Shown: positions 25,168 through 37,200 of the stretch, in pieces
Layout of the letters: each line of letters starts with the position of its first letter
Numbering within the stretch: the stretch's first letter is position 1
From: Camelus ferus
Taxonomy: Eukaryota
Length of the DNA: 64,000 bases
NCBI RefSeq assembly: GCF_009834535.1
Contig: NC_045697.1
Span: 106,766,001-106,830,000 of the forward strand
Direction: 5' to 3'
Made by a program: the position numbers and the translations under genes
The notes under the pieces: model-generated
Database searches by the model: none
The model's input: the letters and a program-made list of their open reading frames with translations, nothing else
Told to the model about the DNA's origin: nothing

Positions 25168-28100
25168 CTTTAGGGAGAAACACGTAGAAGAACATATCAA
25201 TTCAGGTTCATGCAGGGGTGACCTCCCTCTACTCAGATTAAATAAGCAAGAATTTGTTCCTAATTCCCATTATACCTAAATCTTTAATCTATAGCTCGGG
25301 AATTTGTCCCAAAGTCCCGTTTTAGTAGATCCAAACTATATTCTATAGTTTGAGGAACACGTGTTGCTCAGTTTCTAAACCTTACATGATTATCGGGCAA
25401 AAAACAATAGTTTAAAAGCGAATAAAATAAGACAAAAATCTGCATTATAAACGGCCTTAGATACTTAGGAAATACAAATACGAGCCCCTTGGTTAGATGA
25501 TTTATGAATGAATTTATAATTCACATTTCACAGAAAGGTGGTCTCCTCAGCTCCCCCCTCACCTAGGCTTCCTCCTCCGTGGGCCACTGAGACCCCTGTC
25601 ACATAAGGACAGTCTGAACCAGGGTTCACGATATCACGAAGCAGCCCTTCTCTTAAATACTTACTGTCTTTCCTAAGTTCTGTTTTATCCTGATACAAAA
25701 TCTTATACAGTATATTTCTCGATGGTTCATTCAAAGCACAGAGGGGGGAAATCAGACTGTTAAATGTGATTCTACTGATGGTGACTGACAATTAGGGGAG
25801 GGGGGTGAAGGAGGGATGGAGGACTATCCAAGTACTGGGAGATGCTTCAGAACATTCTCACTAGTAGAAGTCATCCTGTATCTCAGTCCCAAACTGAAAA
25901 GACAATGGGCTGGTTGACCAGGAACCCACACTGTGAATGGCCCAGCACTGGCAAGTAAAACAGTAATGGGCTTGACGGGTGCCTTGATTTCATGTCTGAA
26001 TTCCATATTTAGCCTGAAAAATGCTATTTTAAGACAAATGGGTCCTCCTACTTTTATAGTCTCTGGGGATGAAGGCACAAACGCCTTAATGAAAGGGGCC
26101 GGTGGCAGCATTCTTAGATGTCCTTGATGAGGGTTGGTTGCATAGTCTGACTGACAAATGATACTGTGGAATCCACAGGGGCAAATGTGCCCAGAAAACA
26201 GGTCACTACTGCCATCTGTGGAACTCTGTGGAAAAGAATAACTTGTTATCCTAACCGCATACGCTTGGAACAGTCACCCACCCTGAGGAGAGAGGTCGGG
26301 CAGATCAGGGAAAATCCAGCAGAAACCTACTGCCCTTGGAAAGGCAAATGCTGGTGGTCAAAAAAATCTCCTAGTGGGTTTTAGGATGGTCAATGTCCTC
26401 TGAAATGTCAAGCAAATTTATGTGCATGCCTATGCTTGGGGGGGTGCGGGGCGGGGGAGGAAAACAAACCTTACTGAATGAATGTACGCAGATCCGCGCC
26501 AAACCAGGAGAGGCCTCCACTGGGAAGACAGAGCCTGGCTTCTGCGCTTCCAGCCCCACTGCCCCTGGGCCTGCAGTTACTTCATGTCTGATCGGCTCCC
26601 TAATTACTACAGTGCGTTCACCGGAGGGCATCACACACAGCCGTGTCCCCACAGTGTCCTTCCTGGCTTCCGGTGACTATAGGTACTTATGGGTACTTCT
26701 GAGTGAGACGTAAGTGAAGAGATACCGTATTAACCTCCGCACACGCTATATGCAGTCAGACGCAGGAACTGGCCTGCACACTTGGTGACAAACGGAGACC
26801 TCAAATGACATAATAAAAGGCCAGGGGTAAATGGAACAAGGGGCTTGGTTTCATTTGATTCAGTTTTAAAACTGCTTTGGGGAGAGAAACCCTCCTTAAT
26901 ACAATGTTTACTAGACATTTTCTAAACCAGAAAGCATTTGTTACAAGAGCAATGATTTTTTTCCTTAGAAGGTATATAAATTTGGGAAATTCGTTAAGAA
27001 AAGAAGCAAATAATGCAAACCAATCTGAACTACCTAAATTTCTGTTGGAGTTCAGTCTTGCCACAAAAATTAGAAATAAATGTGTCCTTAAAAGTCACCA
27101 ATACTTCAGCCCCGATTCATGGTTTCCTTTCCTTTTCCACAAAAATACCATACAATGTTAATTTTGAAATGCATGGCTAATTACATCTATTGGCAACCTT
27201 TTTAAAACCAAGAACTGAAATCATTAAAATCTAAGGAATCTATACTCAGTGTGATTGTTCCTTTTTTGATTTTGTAAGTTATCGTTTTATGGGGGGTGGG
27301 ATTTGTGTTTTAACTTGAATTGTCTTGGAATTCCTCGGTGGAAAATGAAAGTCTGAAGACAACTGACAGCAGTCTAAGTGGAAGGCAAAGCAAACAGAGG
27401 ACAAATGGGTAATGGGGACCCAGAGGACGTTGTCACTTAAGCATGCCAATGCTAACTTTTTGTTTTGTAGATCTACGAATATTTTCTCAGGGACATGGGG
27501 AGGAAGTGAGAAGACTGCTGTCAACTGGATTTCTTTCTTTAATGCCAAACAGTTGAAATACTGAGAATTTTCCATGACCATAAAGTTAGAGCTTAGGCAG
27601 CCTCACAATTAACCCCATAAAGTGAATTAAGATATAAGCATTCTTTTTTGTAAACTCTTAATTTTTTATAAGTATGCTTTACTTACAAAATACTAGTTTC
27701 CAGTAATCAACACTATACCAATCATTTTCCCCTCCACAAATCAGAAGACACGCGCTCATGCTGTGTAATTAAAACACTGAAAAAAAGACTTCTTTTCCGA
27801 GGGCCTGATCTCTACATAAAGAACGATTCAAGGCTAGGTCTCTGGCTTCAAAGTTTGGCAAAATGTTTGCTAACCCAGGAAGCAGGTTAGGCAGTTCAGG
27901 AAATCTGGGGAGTGGGGTGGGGTGGGGGTGGGGCAGAATGGAAAAGAAAAGGAAAGGAAAAGAAAACCAAGAAATTGAAAGCGTAAGAGTAGACTTCTGG
28001 TCATTGGGTTCTTCTCAGGTACCTGGTTTCACAAACTCGCTGGACTTCCTGCACAAAGACTTGTGCTACAGAACTTTCCTCCCCTTTAGGAAACGCACAT

Positions 28101-30173
28101 GAATGGCCTCTAAAAATCCACATACAACAATATAAGGATTCATTTCCTCCAAGAAAAGCTATTTCCAGTCCTGTTTCAGGACTGAACCTTGCATTCCCTT
28201 TATTACACACGGTGCAGATCGAGTGCTCTTGACATTTTCTCATTGAAAAATCTGTTCGAAATAAATACCTGGATTTGTTTAAGTTCCAATGAACCAATGT
28301 TTTACGTATTAAATTTTCACTTAAGCAAATAGAATTATATGATATGGGATTTAAATCCAACAGGTCCAAACTGAGAAGTTCATCAGGTATTTGGGAAGCC
28401 CTTGGGATGAAATTACAAAGGGCAGAGGGCACCCAGGCTTCACATGAGACTCACAGAATCCATTTCTTTCTCTGTAGTTACACGGTTACACCTCCTCCTG
28501 CAACACAGCGATACCATCCCACGTCCCAGTAACGGTGTGCATATGTATCTGTGTACGTTTGTTTGGAAAGTCTAGAAACAAAATCTGGGAACCATGCAGT
28601 TCACTCTCACAGCAGCATTCACATCTGCCAGTCCCAGCTACTCATCAGAGCAGAGTTAGTACCGAGGGGGAAAATCAGCTCATGTAAGACAATACTGGCC
28701 TCAGATTACTTTTTCAGAGACCTCGAAGCTCTGGCCATCTCTCACTGAAGTCTCTAAACCGAATAAAGAACAAGGGGAAAAGTCTTCTGAAAAGTATCAG
28801 GTTAATTCTTTGATAAAAACTTGCAGCAGTTAATGGGTACAAAAAGTCTTTACTTTTGCTTTCTGAGATAGTAAGATCTACCAAAAGCTAGGTCATAAAG
28901 CAGAACAGATTCCCTTAAGAACCTCTTAAAGTCTTACTGCTTGAAAAATCGTCATGGCTTTTAGTAAAGCTGAAGAGAAAAATTTATCTTGCTGCTGGTT
29001 TAAGGGGCTACACTTCAACTTCTTCTTAAAGAAAAATAAAAAGAGAAAGGATAGACTTCTTGGACTGCTTTGAAAAGCTTGAGCAATTACTTCAAAGGAA
29101 AGGGCGTCTTTGTCCGGAGAGCAGGTTTATGACTACTGATGCAAATCCCAACCAAAGGCTGAAAAGGATACTCAGTGCATCTTTATGGATGGCCTTAAAG
29201 GAAGATGAACAAGTCAAAGGAGATTAAAGACAGTCCAAATCCCACCACGAACACCAAGGCACGTCAGTTTTCACTGATGTGCTTTTCTCAGTACCTAAGA
29301 CTGAGTATCAGTTACTGACTTACAGACACCATTATAACTACCAACTTGCGTTTAAGCAGCGCAAGATCTCCATAATACCCACCAAGCATTTATATTGGAC
29401 CTGTGTTTTAAAATATTAGGTGAAATGTTTTACACCATTAGGCAGAATAACAAATGCTGTTATTAACTGTGTTTCTTTGGCGCTCTCATAACGCTAAGTG
29501 TATTTCTCCATCAAATGGACTCTGAACCACTTAAAGTTATGCCTGAAAGAAGAGAAGAAGGAAACTAATTTCTCTAGTATCCTGTTCATAAATACCCAAT
29601 GAGAAAAATATTTCAAAAGATCTGTCTCTATTAAGGGAAAGGGGATTAATAATCCAGGTCAAAACAGACCTGACAAGTACTTCTGGCAAACCTAGAGTTA
29701 CATTTTAAAAAAATGAATAAAGTTCTTGGTATTTTTGGCATCATCTCCTCAGTCTTAATGAAAATCAAATTACTTTTAAAAGGCACTGCAAAATTCTCAT
29801 TAGCAGTTTAAATACGTTGTTAATAGCAGAGAGGGTGTCACCTTCATTCACTCACCTCTTCCATACCACCTATCATGACATGAAGTGCAGGTCAACATTC
29901 CCCTATTCAGTTTTACCGAGATAAAATTAGGTCTTCCAATTAATACTTAGGTTAGATGACTCCTGGGACAGAAGTTAACACTTTCCATTTGTTTACTCAT
30001 TCATTCCTTCACTCCTTCATTGACTTAATAACATTTACTGGGTATACAACATTTACTGGGTATACATCATGTGCACTGCACTGTGGAAACAAGGAGGGAA
30101 ATAAAATATGGCCTTGTATTTTTGGTGATTAGATTTTATTTTTCTCTCCTACTTTTTTTTAGGGGGGGGTCTC

Positions 30174-30301
30174 TTTTTTTTGTGGGGGAGGAGGTTAATT
30201 AGGTTTATTTGCTTATTTATTTTTAATGGGAGGTACTGGGGATTGAACTCAGGACCTTATGCACGCTAAGCACACACTCTACCACTGAGCTATAACCTCC
30301 C
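30174..30301 (-). mobile_element. tRNA-derived SINE (camelid-type)
   Basis: Reverse complement has A-box (tatagctcagtggtagag) and B-box (gagttcaatccc) followed by the shared ...ataaacctaatt... tail. Confidence 0.85.
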
Positions 30302-30414
30302 TGCTAGATGATTTGACTGAAAACGGTCACTGAATCAGGTTTTGCTGACCTTACCATAAACTAATTTCTGTTATAAATATCTCATAAATACCTATTATAA
30401 ATATCTATTATTGG

Positions 30415-30552
30415 AGGGGGCAAGGTATAGCTCAGTGGAAGAGTGTGTCTTTAGCATGCACAAGGTTTTGGGTTCAATATCCAGTACCTCCATTAAAAAA
30501 ATAATAATTAAAAAATAAATAAACCTAATTACCTCCACCCACCCCAAGGAAA
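30415..30552 (+). mobile_element. tRNA-derived SINE (camelid-type)
   Basis: ggtatagctcagtggaagag...ggttcaatatccagtacctcc...aaataaacctaattacc, flanked by a TCTATTATT(G/A)GA target-site duplication. Confidence 0.85.
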
Positions 30553-31699
30553 ATACGTCTATTATTAGAAAGGTCAAAAAGCTGTCCTGAAGTCCAAAAC
30601 TATTTATTACAACTGAATTTTTATACAAAATGAATATTTACCATCAATTAATAAAGTACTTAAATGAAAGCAACCAGTATAACTTCCCAGTAAAATCTAA
30701 TACATCTTAGAGACATAAAACAAAATATAAAATTGGCTTTAAAAGAAGATCATTTCAAAAGAGTACTCATTTTGAACAAAAATGCAAGTTTACTTAAGAA
30801 CCCAAATACATAATTAAGTTACTAAGTGTATACAGATTTAAGAAAATCTAAGTATTGTATAATGTATGTCAGCCGTTTCCTAGAGCTGGATACTTCTGTT
30901 CTGAAAGTGCCTTTTGTTCCATTTTACATCCATCTGATTACTACCAAACATTGACCAACAATAAAGATTCACATGGAAATTGAATCCTAAGCTTTCTCAG
31001 TGGCTCACCATAATGGTCAATCAAGGAAGGAAATGGTTTTTTGAAGCAGAAATGAGGTTAGTTGCTAAATCTTTCCATCAACTTCCTAATTTTTCAATGG
31101 GAATTATACTACTACATTTTAATTATACAAAGAGAAATTTTCCAGGTTGGCTCTATTCATTCCATCTCCACCAACCCTCCCCCCACCCCATTCACTGTGG
31201 TCTCTGTTGAAAAGAAAAAATGTTGATTTTGTTAAACATATAGACTACAGAAAACAGGCCATAGATGAGTTTAGGATGTGACAACCAACAGACAGTAAAT
31301 TTTGGTAGCTTCCTCTTCTAAATAATATTAGAATTATAAATGCAAGACAATATAATACTAGGACAAAAATCAGTAATAAGTTCTTGTTTTATAACCTTTA
31401 CTCCCCTGCTATGATACATATATGTGTACATATGGTGTTTATGACAATGAAATCATCCTCTGACACTACATTAGAAGGTGGCTTTGTGTGAGTATATACC
31501 GCCTGCTGTATAGTTAGAAGTATAACCCTAACACATGTAATAATATTTTAAAAATACAGAATCCGATCATGACATATAACTGTCCTAAGAACTCCGTATA
31601 ACAAAATTATATTGTCCTTTGCAAATACAAAGAGTGCTTTGGTGATAATGTTGCATCAAATTCTCTACAACTGGTGGTCCAACAAAATCAAATTAAATG

Positions 31700-31985
31700 T
31701 GCTGTACAGTTTAGTGGTTAAGAACGGTGCCTCTGGCCTAGAGTGCCTGGGTTTGGATCCAGGCTCCAGCACTGCTAGCTACGTGACCTCCCCTGGGCAA
31801 GTTCTCATCGGTCTAGTAAGATCCAGGAGCTTCAAGGCCAGAAAGTAAAGGCTGGTAATCTCCCTGTGCCTCATGTATAAAACAAGGATAATACCAATAG
31901 TTACCACAGAGGACCATGTGAAGATTAATGGTTACTCTGCAAAGTGCTTAGTTAGGATGGGTCCTGGCGCAGAGTGAGCACCCAG
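31700..31985 (+). mobile_element. MIR SINE (degenerate, interrupted)
   Basis: agtggttaagaac...ctgggtttggatccaggctcc...gtgacct...gggcaagtt...tgtgaagattaa...aaagtgcttag. Confidence 0.65.
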
Positions 31986-33085
31986 TGAGCACCATCCAGT
32001 AGCACAAGCAGCGGCGGTGTCAGGGGCAATAGTGGAGTGATGCACATTTCCACCCTCTGTTGCAGACACTCTTTTCTGCAAAATAGAATATCTGATCCTG
32101 TGCCACATAAATGCCAATTAGAGGTAGTTCTCACAACTATTGTTTCTTGTCAAGGAGAAAATACACCTTCTTTTCTAGAAATTATACTTTGATTTCTCCC
32201 ATTCCTCCTCCTCTTTGACTTTCCAGTCTTCCCGGACAATCCATTTAATTCTAATACAACTACTCACACCTGGAAGCCTTGAGCAGGAAGTGAAGGTACA
32301 CTATCATCATAAGGTATTTTCCTCCCAAGTAAAATATGTTTATTGTCTCTGATTATCAACGTAATACACGCTCATTATAAAACATTCATATAATTTAGTA
32401 AATTATGAAGAAAATGAACTGCCTCAAATTTCCACTACATAAAAACCATTGCTAACATTTTGCTATAATTTCAGACTTTTTTTCCTATGTATAAATACGC
32501 ATAGGATACAAGACACAGATAGTTAAAGTCTATCGTATTATTCACGTAGTCTGGTGATCTTTCACACTTAACAATAGGAAGGGCATATCCTTCTATGTCA
32601 CTGTCACAAGTTCTTCATACGCTAATGGCTGTACAGTATTTCACTGTGTGGACACATCAAACTTTACTTAACTAATGTACTTGTTTTATCCTATTTTCTT
32701 GAGACTTTTCATTTCACAATTCCCCATAGAGGGGTTTGCCTCTGACTCATTGATAGCTCCTGTAGCTGCACATGGATGTCTAGTAAATATAAACACTATA
32801 AAATTCTGCCTCCAAAAAACAATACAGGTATTAGAAAATTTGTTGAAATGCTATCTTGTTCATATTTGTTGATACGTAACATTATGATTCTTATGAATAT
32901 AAAATACATGAAAAATAAAAAGTTAACTGTTTTTATCTATCTATCCTAAATGCCCAAGTCACATAAAATTCTTTGTGATATATCCTCCTTAACATTTTTA
33001 AGGGTCCTTTGTTAAAGATACGCAAGTCAGGCACTAGTGAAAAGTAAAGAGGGTTTTCACATCTTTAACTATTAGAAACATCCTG

Positions 33086-34293
33086 GATTTGACACCAAAA
33101 GCAAAGGCAACAAAAGCAAAAAATAAACCAGCAGGATTACATGAAAACTAAAAAGCTTCTGAACAAAGGAAACTATCAACAAAATGAACAGGCAACTTAT
33201 GGAATGGGAGAAATATTTACAAGTCATATACCTGATAAGGGGTTAATATCCAAAACACATACAGAACTCACATAACTCAGTATCAAAAGAACAAACAATC
33301 CAATTACAAAATGGGTAGAGGATCTGAATAGACATTTCTTACAAAGAAGACACACAGATGGCTAACAGATACAGAAACAGTTATTCACCATCACTTATCA
33401 TCAGGGAAATGCAAACCACAATGAGATGTCACCTCACATCTGTTAGAATGGCTTTCATCAAAAGGACAAGAAATAAAAAGTGTTGGAGAGGATGTGGAGA
33501 AAAGGGAACCCTTGTGCACTGTTGGTGGGAATATAAGTTGGTGCAACTACTATGGAAATCAGTATGGAGATTCCTCAAAAAATTAAACATAGAACTCTCA
33601 TATGATCCAGCAAGTCCACTTCTGGGTGTTTACTTGAAGGAAATAGAAACACTAATTTAAGAAGCTATCTGCACCCCTATGTTCACTGCAACATTATTCA
33701 CAGTGGCCAAGACATGGAAACAACCTAAGTGTCCATGGATGGATAAGTGGGTAGACAAAATTTTACACACATACATACACACACGATGGAATATTACTCA
33801 GCCACAAAAAGAAGGAAATCCTGCCATTTGTGACAACATGGATGGACTTTAGGGACATTATCCTGAGTGAAATAAATCAGACAGAGAAAGACAAATACTA
33901 TACGATCTCACTTACGTGTAGAATTAAAAAAAAAAAAAACACCAAACTCATAGATACAGAGAACATATTGCCAGAGGTGGTGAGAGGGGGGTGAAATAGG
34001 CAAAGATGGTCAAAAGGTACAAACTCCCACTATAAAATAAGTCTTGGGGACGAAGTATACAGTATGATGATTCTGGTTAATAACACTGCACTGTATATTT
34101 GAAACTTGCTGAGAGAGCAGACCTTAAAGTTCTCACCATCAGAAAAAAAAAAAATTTGTACCTACGTGTGGTGATGTTAACTAGACACTGTGGTGATCAT
34201 TTCATGATAAATACAAATACCAAATCATGATGCTGTACACCTGAGACTAATATCATGTTATATGTCAATTACATCTCAATGAAAAAAAAAGAG
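33086..34293 (+). mobile_element. 5'-truncated LINE-1 (ORF2 3' end + 3' UTR + polyA) with TSD
   Basis: ORF2 C-terminal peptide ...[36 protein letters not shown] (33358-33660), A-tail at about 34282, TSD AGAAACATCCTG (33074-33085) / AGAAACACCCTG (34294-34305). Confidence 0.92.
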
Positions 34294-37200
34294 AGAAACA
34301 CCCTGACCCTGCCCACCCTAGGAAATAAACTTTATTTCCTTAGGGTGATGGTTGTAGAAAGTTGCAGAAAGCCACAACTACAAGAATGTTGTAGACGGCT
34401 ACAAGCTACAAGAATAAAAACTAAAAAGCTCAACAAAGTACTTTTAAAAATGGGGCAACTGTAAAAGAAATCCTCAGAGGCATTTAATACTTAACTTCAT
34501 ATAAAATGGGTCTCTTTTCGTAAGTTCTCACACACACAGACACACACACACACCCCCATTCTAAAAGCAGAAGAGTCCTGCTTTTAGGCTTAAGAAAGAA
34601 AGGAAAGGGAGGAGGAAGTAGCTTGCAACTTCAGAGTATATTCAGTCTCGATTAAATGAAAGAAGAAATGCATTTAAAACTGCCTTTGGGAGCCTAAACT
34701 TAGTTGACTAGAAAGAATTTATCCTTTCTAACTAATGGTTAATTCCAGCCATTGTTTGAAATTAAACTTCCTATCTAAGCATAAAGTATTAGACAGTTTT
34801 CTTCAGGGTGGCACTATTAACGTCTACATATGAAGATACTCAGTTTCAACCTGAGGCCATAAATCACCATCAGTTCTTCTGTTCTCATATTTATATGGCC
34901 AGAGCCTACAGGCTGAATGGTATAGTCATTTTTTTTTCCTGCAACTAAACAAGGTAAATAAATGTGATATATTGGCACATCACCCCACCACTCTGCATAT
35001 GGTGCACATTAAGGTTGTATTCATTTGCCATATGAATATAATTCCTTTTACCACATCTACTATTAGTTACAAGCAGTAAATACAGAGTTGTTTTGCTGGA
35101 ACTGGAGGGCCTGCATTACATCATGGAGCACTAAACATCCTGGACCTTCTGGAGAATTTCATAGACGTAGTTTTAATGTCACCTGAACTTGAACACTGCC
35201 AACATATTGCTTCAAACCCTGCTTGATGAATTCTTCAAGGGAAAAGGAAAAACACAGGGTAATCTTAGCGTTAGTGTAGCAGCACAAACCAAAAGGAGAG
35301 CCACAAGGAAAGTTCTTTGTGAGAGGCACAGAGGAGCTCACGTTATTGACAAAGAATCAGAGCAAGAGTCATATCCCAGATATAAAAAGGCTGCTTGTTT
35401 CAAACACGGTTTTCATATTCAGAATCCAGGGAACAAGAGGAACCTAATGTTAAAAATCTCATCTCAACAATTTTCTCCAATTCTGCTGACTGAAGACCTG
35501 TGATCCATATGACAAGAGTTTATCTCAGGACAAACTGTGATGCTTTGTTTCAGTAGGCGTATATTGTGCCTACATTTTCCTTGAACAAAATATGCATTAT
35601 AACGTCCAAATCAGCCTAGCGTCGGGCAAAAGAGAAAGTGATTTCTTTTACAAACTCATGTGGGTCAGCACAGATGTACGTATCTTGACACTTGTGACCC
35701 CAAAATAATACATCACAGGCAATTAAAAACAAAGTACACCTGTTTTAACAAGCTCTGTTTTTCAGATTTACCAACGGTAAGTCCCCAAATACATCCAGCA
35801 GATGGCGCCCTAGGACGCCTACTTTGCTTGTCTTACTTCCAGCTATATTTTGTCAAGACAAAGAATAAGGATTTATTGGTAGCCTCAGTAAAGCATATTA
35901 GGGTTTAGGACAAAAAGAACATAATTCCTAAATATGTGCACAAAAATATACATATGCATAAGCACACGTGCACAGGGGCAACTAGCAAATGAGTCACACC
36001 TGGACGTACTGTGATGCAGCTTTTCTTATAGACTTGGTGTGAGCAGTCTATGTATATCAGTTGTATTTACGGTCAGATGGCAAGATCATTCTAAATTCAT
36101 TAAAAAAAAATTTAGAATGCCTTAAAGTTAGAATTCATTTTTAATTATAGCAGGAATGTCTCATTAGGGTGATACTAGTAAAATTAACAACAGTAGGATT
36201 TACGGTAATGACTTAAGTGATTGATGAGAGAATAACAAAATGAAGTTTTACACAGAGAAAGAGCAGGGCAGCTTTGGCATACAGTACTTTAAAAAACAGC
36301 TCTGTGGTCTGTGAGTGCTGGCCTTATGGTTAATAAAACCTTCTTTCTAATTAACGGTGCTGAAATATTCTTAAAGAACAGAATCTTGTTATGAAAAAAA
36401 AACTTAGTTTTTTTTTCCCCTTTGGTAGACGCCATTCCCATAAAGGAGAAAGCTGACATAGATTAGCATGTCTGATTGCAAAGAGGAAAAAAAAAATGCC
36501 ACCTTTCAATCAAATCAAAAACAGAATGTGAGAATGGAAAACTACTTTACTGAAATAGTACACACACCATCGATGCAACACCTCACAGTCAGTGACTGTT
36601 TGCTTCGAAAGCTAATCACACAGTTGTGTGGCTTAAAAAAAAAATTACTCAGATATCTAAAAATGCTTAATATTCATTTATTTCTAAATGTTTAATAAGT
36701 GTTTAAGTTTATGAGCTATTAATACAATGAAAATAGTGGATAAAGAATAACTATTTTGTAAATTTTCACCTTGATTATAAGAACATTTTAAATTTAAACT
36801 GTTTAAATGTCAACTGAATGCATCAGGGAACATTTTCTTCAAAATTTGGAAATGTACAGTCTGGATAGCATTATTCTGAAGGAAAAAGGAGTATTTCAGA
36901 AAAAGCATTTTGGTGGACAAGATTCAATTCTAAAACACAAAGAAGAACCAGGGAAAAGACAAATGCTTCCATGTAGAAAATGACTTTCATTGAAATGTTC
37001 TTGGTTAAATTTACTTTAAAAAATCCACAACTAAATGGTATCCTATCTTAAATTTTTCTTCTCATTAAGAAAATTACATTCCACAATAACTATCAGACAA
37101 CAATAGAGTCAAAAATGAAAAGCTCTCTGTTGTACAGGAAAACAAGGCTTTTGCTACAAAACCTAGGCAGATTTCATAAAACATGTGCATCCTTTTAAAA

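Noticed and set aside
27907..27933. G-quadruplex-capable GGGG tract (also poly-G at about 13233-13246)
   Set aside because: Common simple sequence in mammalian introns with no contextual evidence of function.
28800..29300. Purine-rich stretch that looked like a decayed coding sequence or retrocopy
   Set aside because: No sustained frame or recognisable protein. It may be an ancient repeat and needs a Dfam or BLAST search.
30030..30065. Perfect 18-bp tandem duplication (AACATTTACTGGGTATAC x2)
   Set aside because: Only two copies with no spacers; an ordinary slippage duplication, not a CRISPR-like array.
30415..30490. tRNA-like A/B boxes, also at about 30230-30300 and 44652-44725
   Set aside because: These are SINE heads with shared tails and diverged stems, not tRNA genes.
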